From Polyangiaceae bacterium (lineage in GTDB: Bacteria > Myxococcota_A > Polyangia > Polyangiales > Polyangiaceae): a stretch of 64,000 bases of DNA. The stretch spans positions 256,001 through 320,000 of the forward strand of contig JBILLK010000005.1 in NCBI GenBank assembly GCA_044376115.1. The letters run 5' to 3'. Under the pieces are notes generated by a model. That model saw nothing but the letters and a program-made list of their open reading frames with translations. It had not been told where the DNA came from and did no database searches. The position numbers and the translations under genes are program-made. Below, in pieces: positions 27,842-37,196 of this stretch. How positions within the stretch are numbered: position 1 is the stretch's first letter; the number at the start of each line of letters is the position of its first letter.

Positions 27842-28990
27842 ATGAATGCGGCCGCGCCTGCTCTGCGCTCCGAACCCGGTGCTACTCGTCCAACAACCGC
27901 TACGCGAGCGGCCTCGCTCGAAGGCGTTGATGCGGAGGCATTTGCAAAAGACCTCTACGCGCTGCGCGCAGAGGTCCTCGCCAGCCTTGGCGAGGAAGAC
28001 CTCGAACACCTGAAGAAGGTGGAGTCATGGGGCCGTCGGGCCCATTGGCTTGGCGTCATGACTGCTTGGGCCGGCCCCAACCCCATTAGCGTGTTGGGCT
28101 TGGCAATCGGGAAGGGCAATCGCTGGCTGCTGATGCACCACGTTGGCCACCGCGGTTATGACCGTGTCCCTAACGTACCCAAGGAAAAGACCGGCGCCTC
28201 CTTCGCACGCAATGGGCGGCGTTTTGCGGACTTCTTCGACTGGATTGAGCCGGAGTCGTGGATCTACGAGCACAACGTGCTGCATCACGCCTTTACCAGC
28301 GAGGAGACAGATCCAGACCTGATCGAGCGCAACGTCGAATGGGTTCAGCGCATGCCGATGGCAGCTCGCTATGTCACCCTGGGGTTGCTCGCGTTGACCT
28401 GGCGCGCGACCTACTACGCACCCGCAACCCTCAAGGTCTTGCTCGAGCGTGAACGCAAGCGGCCTGTTGGTACGGTTGAGCTCTATCGCTCCGTGATTTG
28501 GCAATCGTGGTTACCGTACGCCGGCTGGAACTTCGTCGGATTTCCGATGTTGTTTGCCCCGCTCGGGCCGCTCGCCGTGGCGAGCGCCGCCTCGAACGTC
28601 TTCATCGCTGACGTGCTGACGAACCTACATACCTTCCTCGTGGTGGGACCCAACCACGCCGGGGATGATATGTATCGTTGGGACGACCGTCCCGCCTCTG
28701 GCGCCGACAATCTGGTTCGCCAGGTGGCTTCCTCGGTGAACTATCACACGGGCGGCGACGTAAGGGACGTCGCTCACATGTTCCTCAATTACCAGATTGA
28801 GCATCACTTGTTCCCCGACATCCCGATGCGTCAGTATCAGCGCATTGCTCCGCGCGTGAAGGCGATCTGTGAGAAGCACGGAGTCCCTTACGTGCAGGAG
28901 AGCGTGTGGAAGCGGTTTCGCAAGATGGCGGACGTCTTCGTAGGCAAGACGAAGATGCTCCGGCCCAAGGCCTCGCGAAGCGCTGGTTGA
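27842..28990 (+). CDS. Membrane fatty-acid desaturase
   Basis: Three His boxes: HHVGH, HNVLHH, QIEHH(LFP). Confidence 0.92.
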   Translation: MNAAAPALRSEPGATRPTTATRAASLEGVDAEAFAKDLYALRAEVLASLGEEDLEHLKKVESWGRRAHWLGVMTAWAGPNPISVLGLAIGKGNRWLLMHHVGHRGYDRVPNVPKEKTGASFARNGRRFADFFDWIEPESWIYEHNVLHHAFTSEETDPDLIERNVEWVQRMPMAARYVTLGLLALTWRATYYAPATLKVLLERERKRPVGTVELYRSVIWQSWLPYAGWNFVGFPMLFAPLGPLAVASAASNVFIADVLTNLHTFLVVGPNHAGDDMYRWDDRPASGADNLVRQVASSVNYHTGGDVRDVAHMFLNYQIEHHLFPDIPMRQYQRIAPRVKAICEKHGVPYVQESVWKRFRKMADVFVGKTKMLRPKASRSAG

Positions 28991-29089
28991 GCACGGCAGC
29001 TACCGAAGCTCGGCACTCTTGACCATGCTCATCGATGCGTTGGCCTTCGCGGGGCAGCGACGGTGTCACCGTGTTAGAGCATAGACAAT

Positions 29090-29599
29090 ATGAGCCGCAA
29101 CGTTACAGAAGCCACGGGCCCAACCATTGAGCGATTGGGCACCAGGCGTGAGCCGCGCATCGTATTTTCCAGCGACTTCAATGTGTCTGCTGAAGCCTTA
29201 TTCGGCTTTCACGAGCGAAAGGACGCGTTCTCGCTGCTGGTTCCACCTTGGCAGAAGGTGGAGATCGTAACGCCGCCGAGGTCGCTCGAGGTAGGTACCC
29301 GGGTGGTGCTCAAGATGTTCGTAGGGCCGATCTGGAAGACCGTGGAGGCTGAACACATCGCCTATGAGCCCGGCCGAAGCTTCACCGATCGCATGACGCG
29401 CGGGCCGTTCGCTGACTGGGTTCACAAGCACACCGTCACTTCGTTGGGGCCGACCACCTCACGGCTCGTGGACGACATCACCTATCGGTTGCCGCTGGGC
29501 GCTCTGGGGGCGGTTGCGGGTGGTTGGGTCGCCTCGCACGAGATTGAAAGGCTATTTCGGTATCGACACGCAATGACACGTAAGCACTGCGAGGCTTGA
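29090..29599 (+). CDS. SRPBCC family protein
   Basis: LFGFHER..AFSLLVPPW, FTDRMTRGPFADWVHKH, LVDDITYRLPLG, RLFRYRH. Confidence 0.85.
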   Translation: MSRNVTEATGPTIERLGTRREPRIVFSSDFNVSAEALFGFHERKDAFSLLVPPWQKVEIVTPPRSLEVGTRVVLKMFVGPIWKTVEAEHIAYEPGRSFTDRMTRGPFADWVHKHTVTSLGPTTSRLVDDITYRLPLGALGAVAGGWVASHEIERLFRYRHAMTRKHCEA

Positions 29600-29616
29600 A
29601 GGGAGCGCGCGATTGC

Positions 29617-30111
29617 TCAGAACGGTAGCGGGAGGCCCTTTGTCGTGATCACCAGGAGCTCCTGGCGTGTGAGCTTTCCCTCGGTCGTGAAGGGAACGCT
29701 GAAAGAGATGGATTCGAATCCCACTTCAGCCGTGCCCTCCACCTTGAAGGGAATGGTCTCTTTGGAGGCTGCCAATAGGCCAACCTGAAGCGTGTTCCCC
29801 CATTCCAGGGACATCGGTACGACCAGCTCTGAATGTTTGTTGGCTGGTAGTTTTACCTTTGTATCCACTGTCACTTTGCCGAGATCCACCTTGTCCGCCA
29901 AGGTGACTCTGGCCGTGACAGACCTGGCCGAGAGCGCAACGGAGTTCGGATTGTGGGCGTCGAGTGTTACCTCGAGCTCGAGCCCTTTGGGGGTAACGGC
30001 CTTCACCAGCACCTTCTCGGGTTTCAATACCGGCGGCTCTGGCTTGCTGCACCCGGTGAGCAGCGCCAACGCAGGGATCAGCCAACCCAAGGTGAGTAGC
30101 AAGGCCTTCAT
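29617..30111 (-). CDS. LEA type 2 (WHy domain) lipoprotein
   Basis: Lipobox LTGC; LDAHNPNSVAL motif; all-beta pattern. Confidence 0.8.
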   Translation of the reverse strand: MKALLLTLGWLIPALALLTGCSKPEPPVLKPEKVLVKAVTPKGLELEVTLDAHNPNSVALSARSVTARVTLADKVDLGKVTVDTKVKLPANKHSELVVPMSLEWGNTLQVGLLAASKETIPFKVEGTAEVGFESISFSVPFTTEGKLTRQELLVITTKGLPLPF

Positions 30112-30203
30112 TGCGGAGGAGCCTACCGCATCAGTGGGACGCGCGCTCGCCCGGGAGACCCGAAAGCGCCGTCCGATTGACCTGCAACCGGACGGCGAGC
30201 GGA

Positions 30204-31277
30204 TCAGAACTCAAACTTCTCGAACGCTCCCAGATCTTTGCACGCCTGCACGACTCGGGCGGCGAGGCCCTTCTCACCGAGATGAACCCAGTTGCGCGGA
30301 TCGATATACTTCTTGTTGGGTTTGGTCGGCCCCTCTGGGTTGCCTAACTGTGATTGTAGGTAGGCAGACTTTTCATCCATGTATTTCTTGATGGGCTGGA
30401 GGAACGCCCATTGCGTATCCGTGTCGACATTCATCTTCACGACGCCATAAGAGACCGCCTCTGTAATCTCCTCTTGGGAAGAGCCAGATCCCCCATGGAA
30501 CACAAAATTGACTGGATTGGGGCCAGTCTTGCGCGCCTGCTGGATGTGCTCCTGACTGTTCTTGAGGATGACGGGCGTGAGCTTGACGTTGCCAGGTGCG
30601 TAGACCCCGTGGGTATTCCCGAATGAAGCGGCAATCGTGAAAGCGCCGACGCTGGAGAGTGCATCATAGGAAGCCAATACGTCACTCGGTTGGGTGTAGA
30701 GCTTCGCGTTGTCGATCCCAGCGTTGTCGACGCCGTCTTCTTCACCGCCAGTGACGCCAAGCTCAATCTCCAGCGTCATGTCGATGTTCTTCATCCGTTT
30801 CAGATATTGGACGCAGAGCTCCAGATTGTGCGCTAGCGGCTCTTCACTCAGATCCAGCATATGGGAGCTGAACAGCGGGGTCTTGTGCCGCTCATAGTAT
30901 TGCTCCCCGGCGGTCAGCATGCCGTCAACCCAGGGCAGAAGGTTCTTTGCGCAGTGATCGGTGTGCAACACCACAGGCACGCCGTATGCCTCGGCCATCA
31001 GCCTGACGTGATGTGCCCCTGCAACGGCGCCGGATATTGAGGCGAGATGGGCCGAGTTGTCCAAGAACTTACCGGCGTTGAACTGGGCGCCGCCGTGTGA
31101 GTATTGGATGATAACCGGCGACTTGGCTTGCTTTGCAGCCGCCAGAACACCGTTTGCTGAATGGCTGCCAATGACGTTGACGGCCGGAAGTGCGCACTTG
31201 GCGAGCTTGCAATAGGCGAATAGGTCGCTTAGCGCCTTTCCGGTGATGACGCCTGGTTGCAGCTTGAGCTTGTCCAT
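30204..31277 (-). CDS. fbaA: Class II fructose-bisphosphate aldolase
   Basis: LHTDHCAK, FSSHMLDLSEE, EIELGVTGGEEDGVDN, FGNTHGVY, FVFHGGSGS, KMNVDTDTQ; GAGGA RBS. Confidence 0.97.
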   Translation of the reverse strand: MDKLKLQPGVITGKALSDLFAYCKLAKCALPAVNVIGSHSANGVLAAAKQAKSPVIIQYSHGGAQFNAGKFLDNSAHLASISGAVAGAHHVRLMAEAYGVPVVLHTDHCAKNLLPWVDGMLTAGEQYYERHKTPLFSSHMLDLSEEPLAHNLELCVQYLKRMKNIDMTLEIELGVTGGEEDGVDNAGIDNAKLYTQPSDVLASYDALSSVGAFTIAASFGNTHGVYAPGNVKLTPVILKNSQEHIQQARKTGPNPVNFVFHGGSGSSQEEITEAVSYGVVKMNVDTDTQWAFLQPIKKYMDEKSAYLQSQLGNPEGPTKPNKKYIDPRNWVHLGEKGLAARVVQACKDLGAFEKFEF

Positions 31278-31384
31278 TGATTCCTCGGATGGTTAATCGT
31301 TACGTGCGGTGGCACTCTAACCCATCCCAGCAGAATTTTCTGCGAGGAACCGAGGCAGGGAGCCGCGAGCTGCGGCTACCCGAA

Positions 31385-32371
31385 TCATTCACAAATCTCT
31401 ATTGCGATGTTGCAGGTCTGCCCTTTCGGGCAGTCGTCAGGGCTATTGCAAGGAATGAAGCCCGCTACTGACACGTTGGCAGCCAGCGGTGAGCCGACCA
31501 CCAACTCGACGCAGCCGACATCGATCGACGTATTGTCTATTGTGCGGCGCACGATCTTGCCGTTGGGAAAGCCGGAGACGCCCGAATTAATCAGCTGATC
31601 AATCACGCTCGCCGGTACTGCGGCTGCGCCGGTATCCTCGAACTCGCACTGCAACGTGAGCGGCGATGAGCCATGTTGGTCAATGGTAAGTTCAACCAGG
31701 ATGGTGGCCGGTGTTTCGACGGTTGGCGCCGGCCAACTAACCTCCAAGTCTGAGCCTTCCGCTAATACCCAGGTGGGAGCTGTATCGAGCGGCTCAGAGC
31801 CTACGCCATAGAGCGCAAAACCCTCATGACTCTCAGCGCCAGCGGCTGACAGGCTAACGGCGCTACCGGGCGTATACGGAGGATTCTCCGCATCCGGTGC
31901 AAAGTAGCTGTTGCCAGGGTTTTGCGGCTCCATCACCGCGGGTGTCGTTAGCCCAGTAATGGTGACCGTGCCCACACTCACTTGCCTTGGGTAAGCAATG
32001 CAAACGCCGTCTTGCCCGCAGGTTTCGGCGCCGACGCAGCTGGGGGTGCACGAGAAATTCTGGCGCTTGAGCAACCGACATCCACCCGACTCCGACACCA
32101 CCTCCGGCACCGAGCTGGGAACGACACCGTCTGCGACCGAGCCCTGGACGACACCGAACTCTTTCTGTTTCTCTACGGTAAATCGGCCAACCCGCTCGCT
32201 GGCGTCACAGCTCCCGCGCGGGGAGATTGCTCCACCGGCGCCAGCCGTTCCACTCGAGCCGCCGCTCCCACCAGCGTTGTTCCCTCCAGCTCCACCGCTG
32301 CCGCCTGTCCCGCTCGAATCACCACAGGCGACCAGAAAGTACAGCGCGAACCCAAAGGCCGACGGTCTCAT
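31385..32371 (-). CDS. Hypothetical Cys-rich lipoprotein with Gly-rich linker
   Basis: Lipobox LVAC, GGSGGAGG linker, and Cys clusters including the C-terminal C..PDDCPKGQTC....C. Confidence 0.7.
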   Translation of the reverse strand: MRPSAFGFALYFLVACGDSSGTGGSGGAGGNNAGGSGGSSGTAGAGGAISPRGSCDASERVGRFTVEKQKEFGVVQGSVADGVVPSSVPEVVSESGGCRLLKRQNFSCTPSCVGAETCGQDGVCIAYPRQVSVGTVTITGLTTPAVMEPQNPGNSYFAPDAENPPYTPGSAVSLSAAGAESHEGFALYGVGSEPLDTAPTWVLAEGSDLEVSWPAPTVETPATILVELTIDQHGSSPLTLQCEFEDTGAAAVPASVIDQLINSGVSGFPNGKIVRRTIDNTSIDVGCVELVVGSPLAANVSVAGFIPCNSPDDCPKGQTCNIAIEICE

Positions 32372-32472
32372 GGAGCCAAGACTTAGCACGGTTCAAGCCA
32401 TCGCTGCGCAAGGCGGATTGTGCAGCAGCTTGAGGCTCGTCTCCCGGCTCGTTCCGTGCATCATGCAATGCG

Positions 32473-33615
32473 ATGCGTTTCTTCAGCGATCTTCAATCCA
32501 CCGGGACAACGCGACATGCGCCAACTTGGGCCCAGCCGCGTCGTAGCTGTCGTGGCGTATTGTGGCTGTTGCTCTGCGGTTGTTCATCCCAGATTGTGAC
32601 CGAGCCCTCCTCGGGCGGCGGCGGCGACGGTGGTGGGGCCGGAGCGCTTGGCGGCGCGGGCGGAACGGCCGTTGAAGGTGGTGGTGGCTTCGGCGCTGGC
32701 GGCAGTGGCGGCGGTCCGGGGGGCGCTGGCGGTAGCGGCGGGGCACCAGCGTTTGATTGCGCAGTAGCGCCCACCACTCCGCTCGCGATGCAGATCTTAC
32801 CTGGCCTCCGCGGCTACCATGGGTTGGCGATCGATCAGCAAGGTTGGATGTTCGGCCTGGACGTGGCCAGCAACCTGATTCGGTCCACGCACGAAGGCAA
32901 TTGGACACCCGTGTTGGGCAATGTGTTCGCGGAGCAGATTGAGTTCGCCGCGAGCGGCCACTTGATGATGAATACGCTCGAAGGGCTCGGGGGCATCACC
33001 CCCGAAGCGCAGCGATACACCATCAACGCCAACATCTTTGGCTACGGTTTGAGGGTTGGCCCCAATGAGCAACTGTATGTAGCGGACGGGAGTTCAATCG
33101 AGCGAGTGGACCCGGCGACGGGCGTCAGCGAAGTCCTCGTGGCCAATGAGGAGGTCGAGTGGGTCACACATTCGTTCGACTTCAGCCCGAGCTACGACCG
33201 GCTTTACGTAGGAATGATCGGGCCAAGCGGTGGGCAGGTGCGTGTCGCGACACTCGATGAAAACATGAACGCCACGAGTCCGTTGAAGCCGTTCGCTGAC
33301 GTGGCCCCCGATTACGCCTGGTTGGACGGCGTGGCCGTCGATATTTGTGGCAATCTCTACGTACCAAACTTCAATTCTTCGCAGCTCTTCAAGATTACTC
33401 AGGATGGCGTCGCGAGCCTCTATGTCGACTGGAGTGCCAATACGACGCAGTACGGCCATGGCGTCATCTTCGGCAATGGGATCGGCGGCTTCCGGGAGGA
33501 CGCCCTTTACCTACCAATGCCGTACAACAACCATACCGTGATGGAGATCATCGTCGGTATCCCCTCCCGCACGTTCACCGGGGAGGTCCTCAACGGTCCA
33601 ACCTCCAGCCGTTGA
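32473..33615 (+). CDS. Beta-propeller (SMP-30/gluconolactonase-like) probable lipoprotein
   Basis: LLLCGC, a Gly-rich linker, and propeller blades HGLAIDQQG, GLRVGPNEQLYV, LDGVAVDICGNLYV. Start uncertain. Confidence 0.75.
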   Translation: MRFFSDLQSTGTTRHAPTWAQPRRSCRGVLWLLLCGCSSQIVTEPSSGGGGDGGGAGALGGAGGTAVEGGGGFGAGGSGGGPGGAGGSGGAPAFDCAVAPTTPLAMQILPGLRGYHGLAIDQQGWMFGLDVASNLIRSTHEGNWTPVLGNVFAEQIEFAASGHLMMNTLEGLGGITPEAQRYTINANIFGYGLRVGPNEQLYVADGSSIERVDPATGVSEVLVANEEVEWVTHSFDFSPSYDRLYVGMIGPSGGQVRVATLDENMNATSPLKPFADVAPDYAWLDGVAVDICGNLYVPNFNSSQLFKITQDGVASLYVDWSANTTQYGHGVIFGNGIGGFREDALYLPMPYNNHTVMEIIVGIPSRTFTGEVLNGPTSSR

Positions 33616-33644
33616 GAACGGACTACGGTTGCTCAGGGTTTGAC

Positions 33645-33653
33645 TGATAGGCT
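33645..33653 (+). promoter_or_regulatory. Putative extended -10 TGaTAGGCT (leaderless-type)
   Basis: 6 nt upstream of GTG 33660. Confidence 0.5.
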
Positions 33654-33659
33654 TCGGCG

Positions 33660-34949
33660 GTGGGGCGTTCAACGGCATCGATTCGCGAACGATTTGTTGA
33701 GTCGGGGACCTCCTCCTTCCTCAACGTTCGGCTCCAGTTGGCCCGGCTCGAGGTGCCCGATGGTGATCGCTTGGAGCGGATCCTCCAGGTTGCCACGGAG
33801 ATTTCGGCCGAGCAGCTAGAGGTTGAGCGCGTCGGCATTTGGTTTTTCGACCCGGCCCATACCGCGATGACTCAAATGATGCTTTACCGGGCTTCGGCGG
33901 GCACGCACGAGACGGCAGAGACGACGCTGAGCCTCGCTTCGATACCCCGCTACATCGAGGGCATCGAGTCCAAGCGCGTCTTGGTCGTGGAAGACGTGAG
34001 CACGAGCGAGGTGACGCAGGAGCTGACCGAGTACCTCGGCTCGCTAGGCGTCACGAGCCTGCTCGACGCGCCGATCTTTCGGCGCGGTCAAATGATGGGC
34101 ATCGTCTGCCACGAGCACGTCGGGCCCGCGCGCACCTTCTCCACGCGCGAGGTGGATTTTGCGGCGAGCGTCGCAGACATGATTGCCCTTTATCTCGAGG
34201 AGGCAGAGGCCTCCTCGGCACGGCAGATGCTGCTCGCTCAGGAGAAGGAGCTGCTGGTGTCGGAGCGGCTCGCTTCGGTGGGCGTCGTGGCGGGGCATGT
34301 GGCGCACGATCTGAACAACGCCGTAGCGCCAATCCTTTTGTGCGCTCAGCAGCTAAAGGCCATGTTTCCGAACGACCCGGCGGTCAAGCAACGGGTCGAT
34401 ATCATTCTGCAGGCCGCTGAGCATGGCGCGGGGCTAGCTCGCCGACTGCTTCACACGGCGACCAGCGCAACCCCGGTGCGCGACCCGCTCGAGCTTGATT
34501 CGGTCCTGCTCGACTCGCGGCCCCTGTTGCGTGCAGTGTCGGGGGATTCGGTCAGCCTCGAGTTCAGCTTTGCGTCGCGAGGCGCCATGGTGGTGATCGA
34601 CCCGCTCGAGCTCATTCGCGCGGTGATCAACCTATTGTCGAATGCGCGAGACGCATCGGTCGGGCGCCCCTCCTGCGTGCAGCTCTCCACCGACCTGAAC
34701 ACCGAAGGCTTCGTCCGCCTGGCCGTGCGGGATCACGGCTTCGGTATGTCGAATGAGGTACAGGCCCGGCTCTTCCAGCCGTTCTTCACGACCAAACCAG
34801 GCCGCGGTACGGGGCTTGGGCTCGCTGGCGTGAAGCGCATGGTGGACGCTGTGCACGGCACGATTCGCGTAGAGACGGTGCCTTCTGAAGGCACGACGGT
34901 CAGCCTCTTTTTTCCGCGCGTAGCCGCAGACGCCGCACGATCAGAATGA
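33660..34949 (+). CDS. GAF-domain sensor histidine kinase
   Basis: GAF (SLLDAPIF..G.MMGIVCHEH), H box VAHDLNN, N box NLLSNARDA, G boxes DHGFGM, FFTTK, GTGLGL. Confidence 0.93.
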   Translation: MGRSTASIRERFVESGTSSFLNVRLQLARLEVPDGDRLERILQVATEISAEQLEVERVGIWFFDPAHTAMTQMMLYRASAGTHETAETTLSLASIPRYIEGIESKRVLVVEDVSTSEVTQELTEYLGSLGVTSLLDAPIFRRGQMMGIVCHEHVGPARTFSTREVDFAASVADMIALYLEEAEASSARQMLLAQEKELLVSERLASVGVVAGHVAHDLNNAVAPILLCAQQLKAMFPNDPAVKQRVDIILQAAEHGAGLARRLLHTATSATPVRDPLELDSVLLDSRPLLRAVSGDSVSLEFSFASRGAMVVIDPLELIRAVINLLSNARDASVGRPSCVQLSTDLNTEGFVRLAVRDHGFGMSNEVQARLFQPFFTTKPGRGTGLGLAGVKRMVDAVHGTIRVETVPSEGTTVSLFFPRVAADAARSE

Positions 34950-35166
34950 CGATACCCGTGAGAAAGAGCGTGCCTGCGGGCACGTATTGTCGAGGGATCA
35001 AGCAGATGACTGTCGCAACGAGCGCCATGATCCCAAAGGTCTTGAGCACATCGTTGGGGGCGTCCTGATCGAGCGCCTCGAGCTCTGTGAGCGCGTCCTC
35101 TGGTAACGAAACGGCAGCGGAAGGCAGCTCGAGTTCGGGCGTCTTCGGCATCGGTTCGTCGCTCAT
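34900..35166 (-). CDS. Small membrane protein (88 aa; acidic N-terminus + 2 TM)
   Basis: ATG at 35166 preceded by AAGGGG; two hydrophobic helices followed by a basic tail. The 3' end overlaps the kinase gene convergently by about 50 nt. Confidence 0.55.
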   Translation of the reverse strand: MSDEPMPKTPELELPSAAVSLPEDALTELEALDQDAPNDVLKTFGIMALVATVICLIPRQYVPAGTLFLTGIVILIVRRLRLRAEKRG

Positions 35167-35227
35167 TCCCCTTCGGTTTACGCTACGCTGGGCCGAAATC
35201 CAATGAGTTCGCGCGTTGAGGTGGCAG

Positions 35228-37183
35228 GTGAGCTGGGTCTCTAGGCAGTTGGATGACTGGGTGCGTCTCGTCCAGAATTCGTGGCTCACCTTCGATCGTA
35301 GAACGCTTGGGTTCTCGCGCATCTTGCTCGGCGGCTTCCTGGTGTTCGATCTCTTTCGCCGCAGCGCAGCCTGGGAGGAGATGTTCGGTGACAAGGGGGT
35401 CTTGCCGACCTTCGTTTCGACGAGCAAGCCGCAGTCCCAGGGCTTCACACTGTTCCACGGCTTTACGACGGCGCCTGAGTTGTGGCTGCTCTTCGCCGTG
35501 ATGCTCACCACCTACCTGTGCCTCATGGTGGGCTTCAAAACCAAGCTGATGCAGGTGCTGTCGCTCTTCTTCGTGGCCAGCGCGAACGGTCGAGTGCTGT
35601 TGATCGAGAACGGCGGCTACGTCGTACAGAACCTGCTGCTCTTGTGGACGTGCTTCATGCCGATGGGGGACCGCTTCAGCTTGGATGGGCTGCTGGCGTC
35701 CTTTCAGCGCAAGAAGGAGCGCACCGCCGAGGAGCTCAACGACCGCAGCGGCTTGATCGATTCGTTCCGGCTATCCCCTTTCGTTTCGGTGGTGGGGGTC
35801 GCGGTCAGCTTGCAGCTTGCGGCGATCTACTACTTCAACGTTGTTCACAAGACTGGTGCTGATTGGAAAGTGAACGGGTCCGCCGTTCACTACGTGCTTT
35901 ACGTCGACCGCATGGTGACGCCGATCGTCGGGGACATCCGCAACTACGCACCGTTCCCCATTCTTCGTTGGATGACCTTCGGCGTGATCGGTGCCGAAGC
36001 GGCGATTCCCTTCTGCATGTTGTTACCGAGGCTGGTGATCGCTGGCTTCGACATGAAGTTGTGGATGCGGCGCGCCGAGTTGGTGCTGATTCAGCTGCTC
36101 CATATCGGCTTTGGTTCGACCTTCGTGTTGGGGCCGTTTGCGTGGTCGCTGTGCGTTTTCTCGACGCTCTTGATCAGCCCGCAAGACTGGACGCTGGCTT
36201 CGCGCACGATGCGGCGTGGGCATCGCGCGCGAACCGTCGTGCTCGATACGAGCTCGGGTGCTGCACTGCTCTTCGCGCGGTTGGTAGCGCGGCTCGATCG
36301 GTTCGAGCTCGTTGGTTTTGCCGAAGCAGAGGGCCAGGAAGAAAAGGCGCGCAAGCTGTTTGCCATCCGTCCGAACGGGGAGGTCGTGACTGGGACCAAG
36401 GCCGTTGCCGAGGTCTTGTCGGCGCTGCCGGTTGGCCCGCTGTACTCGTGGGTGGTTCGCATTCCGCCTGTGTCGCTCGTGCTCAAAGCGATGTTTGCGG
36501 CAGCCCCGCGAGCAGCGTCGCGCTTCTGGGGGCTCTCGCCGAAGCAGCGCGAGCCGGTGTTCATGGGCAGTTTTGCGCGAACCTTCAAAATTAGCGGCCG
36601 CGTGTTCTCTGAGGCAGTGTGCGGCTTTGTACTCGTGGCCGAGTTGAACCAAGGGCTCGTGGAGCTCTGGGCGACCAAGAAGCGATGGGGCGAAACCATT
36701 GCCGAGTACAACAAGGCCAACGGCACCAAGATCCGCACACAAAGTGAGGGCATGGGCCTCATTCCGCACAAGATGCGTTACCTGCAGGGCTGGTTCATGT
36801 TCAGCCCAAACCCAGTGAAAGATGACGGCGTCATCGTTTGCGACGCCATCACCGCTGACGGTCGGCACATTGATCCTTACACAGGGAAGGAGCCCAACTT
36901 CGACCTTATCAACGCCAAGAGCTACGGCTACAACCAAATCTGGAGCGACTACTTCAATCGCATCCATATGCCTGGCAACAAGACCTATCGCGATTCCACG
37001 GTGGACTATCTGCGGCGTTTACCGGAGCGCTCCAAGAACCCGAATGACCGTTTGGTTTCAGGCGAGGTGTACTGGATCCGAGACATGAACCCGCGCTGGG
37101 GTACCCACAAATCCTACGGTCAGGTGAACGAGCTGCTGTTTAGCTTCAATGAAGAAGGCCCCGCGCGCGACGCCAAGCGCTAG
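35228..37183 (+). CDS. HTTM-domain protein fused to a degenerate DCC1/DUF393-like domain and an SdpA/DUF5819-like C-terminal domain
   Basis: DRRTLGFSRILLG, PMGDRFSLD, QLAAIYYFNVVHK.G.DW, LHIGF..TFVLGPF, then VVLDTSSGAAL..ARLVARLDR, then LQGWFMFSPNP. Start GTG 35228 (GAGG upstream) or TTG 35216. Confidence 0.82.
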   Translation: MSWVSRQLDDWVRLVQNSWLTFDRRTLGFSRILLGGFLVFDLFRRSAAWEEMFGDKGVLPTFVSTSKPQSQGFTLFHGFTTAPELWLLFAVMLTTYLCLMVGFKTKLMQVLSLFFVASANGRVLLIENGGYVVQNLLLLWTCFMPMGDRFSLDGLLASFQRKKERTAEELNDRSGLIDSFRLSPFVSVVGVAVSLQLAAIYYFNVVHKTGADWKVNGSAVHYVLYVDRMVTPIVGDIRNYAPFPILRWMTFGVIGAEAAIPFCMLLPRLVIAGFDMKLWMRRAELVLIQLLHIGFGSTFVLGPFAWSLCVFSTLLISPQDWTLASRTMRRGHRARTVVLDTSSGAALLFARLVARLDRFELVGFAEAEGQEEKARKLFAIRPNGEVVTGTKAVAEVLSALPVGPLYSWVVRIPPVSLVLKAMFAAAPRAASRFWGLSPKQREPVFMGSFARTFKISGRVFSEAVCGFVLVAELNQGLVELWATKKRWGETIAEYNKANGTKIRTQSEGMGLIPHKMRYLQGWFMFSPNPVKDDGVIVCDAITADGRHIDPYTGKEPNFDLINAKSYGYNQIWSDYFNRIHMPGNKTYRDSTVDYLRRLPERSKNPNDRLVSGEVYWIRDMNPRWGTHKSYGQVNELLFSFNEEGPARDAKR

Positions 37184-37196
37184 TGCAGCGCCTTCA

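Noticed and set aside
32385..32400. Sigma-54-like TGGCTTGAACCGTGCT on the minus strand upstream of the 32371 lipoprotein
   Set aside because: GG-N10-GC spacing fits, but there are several mismatches and such matches are common in GC-rich DNA; not supportable alone.
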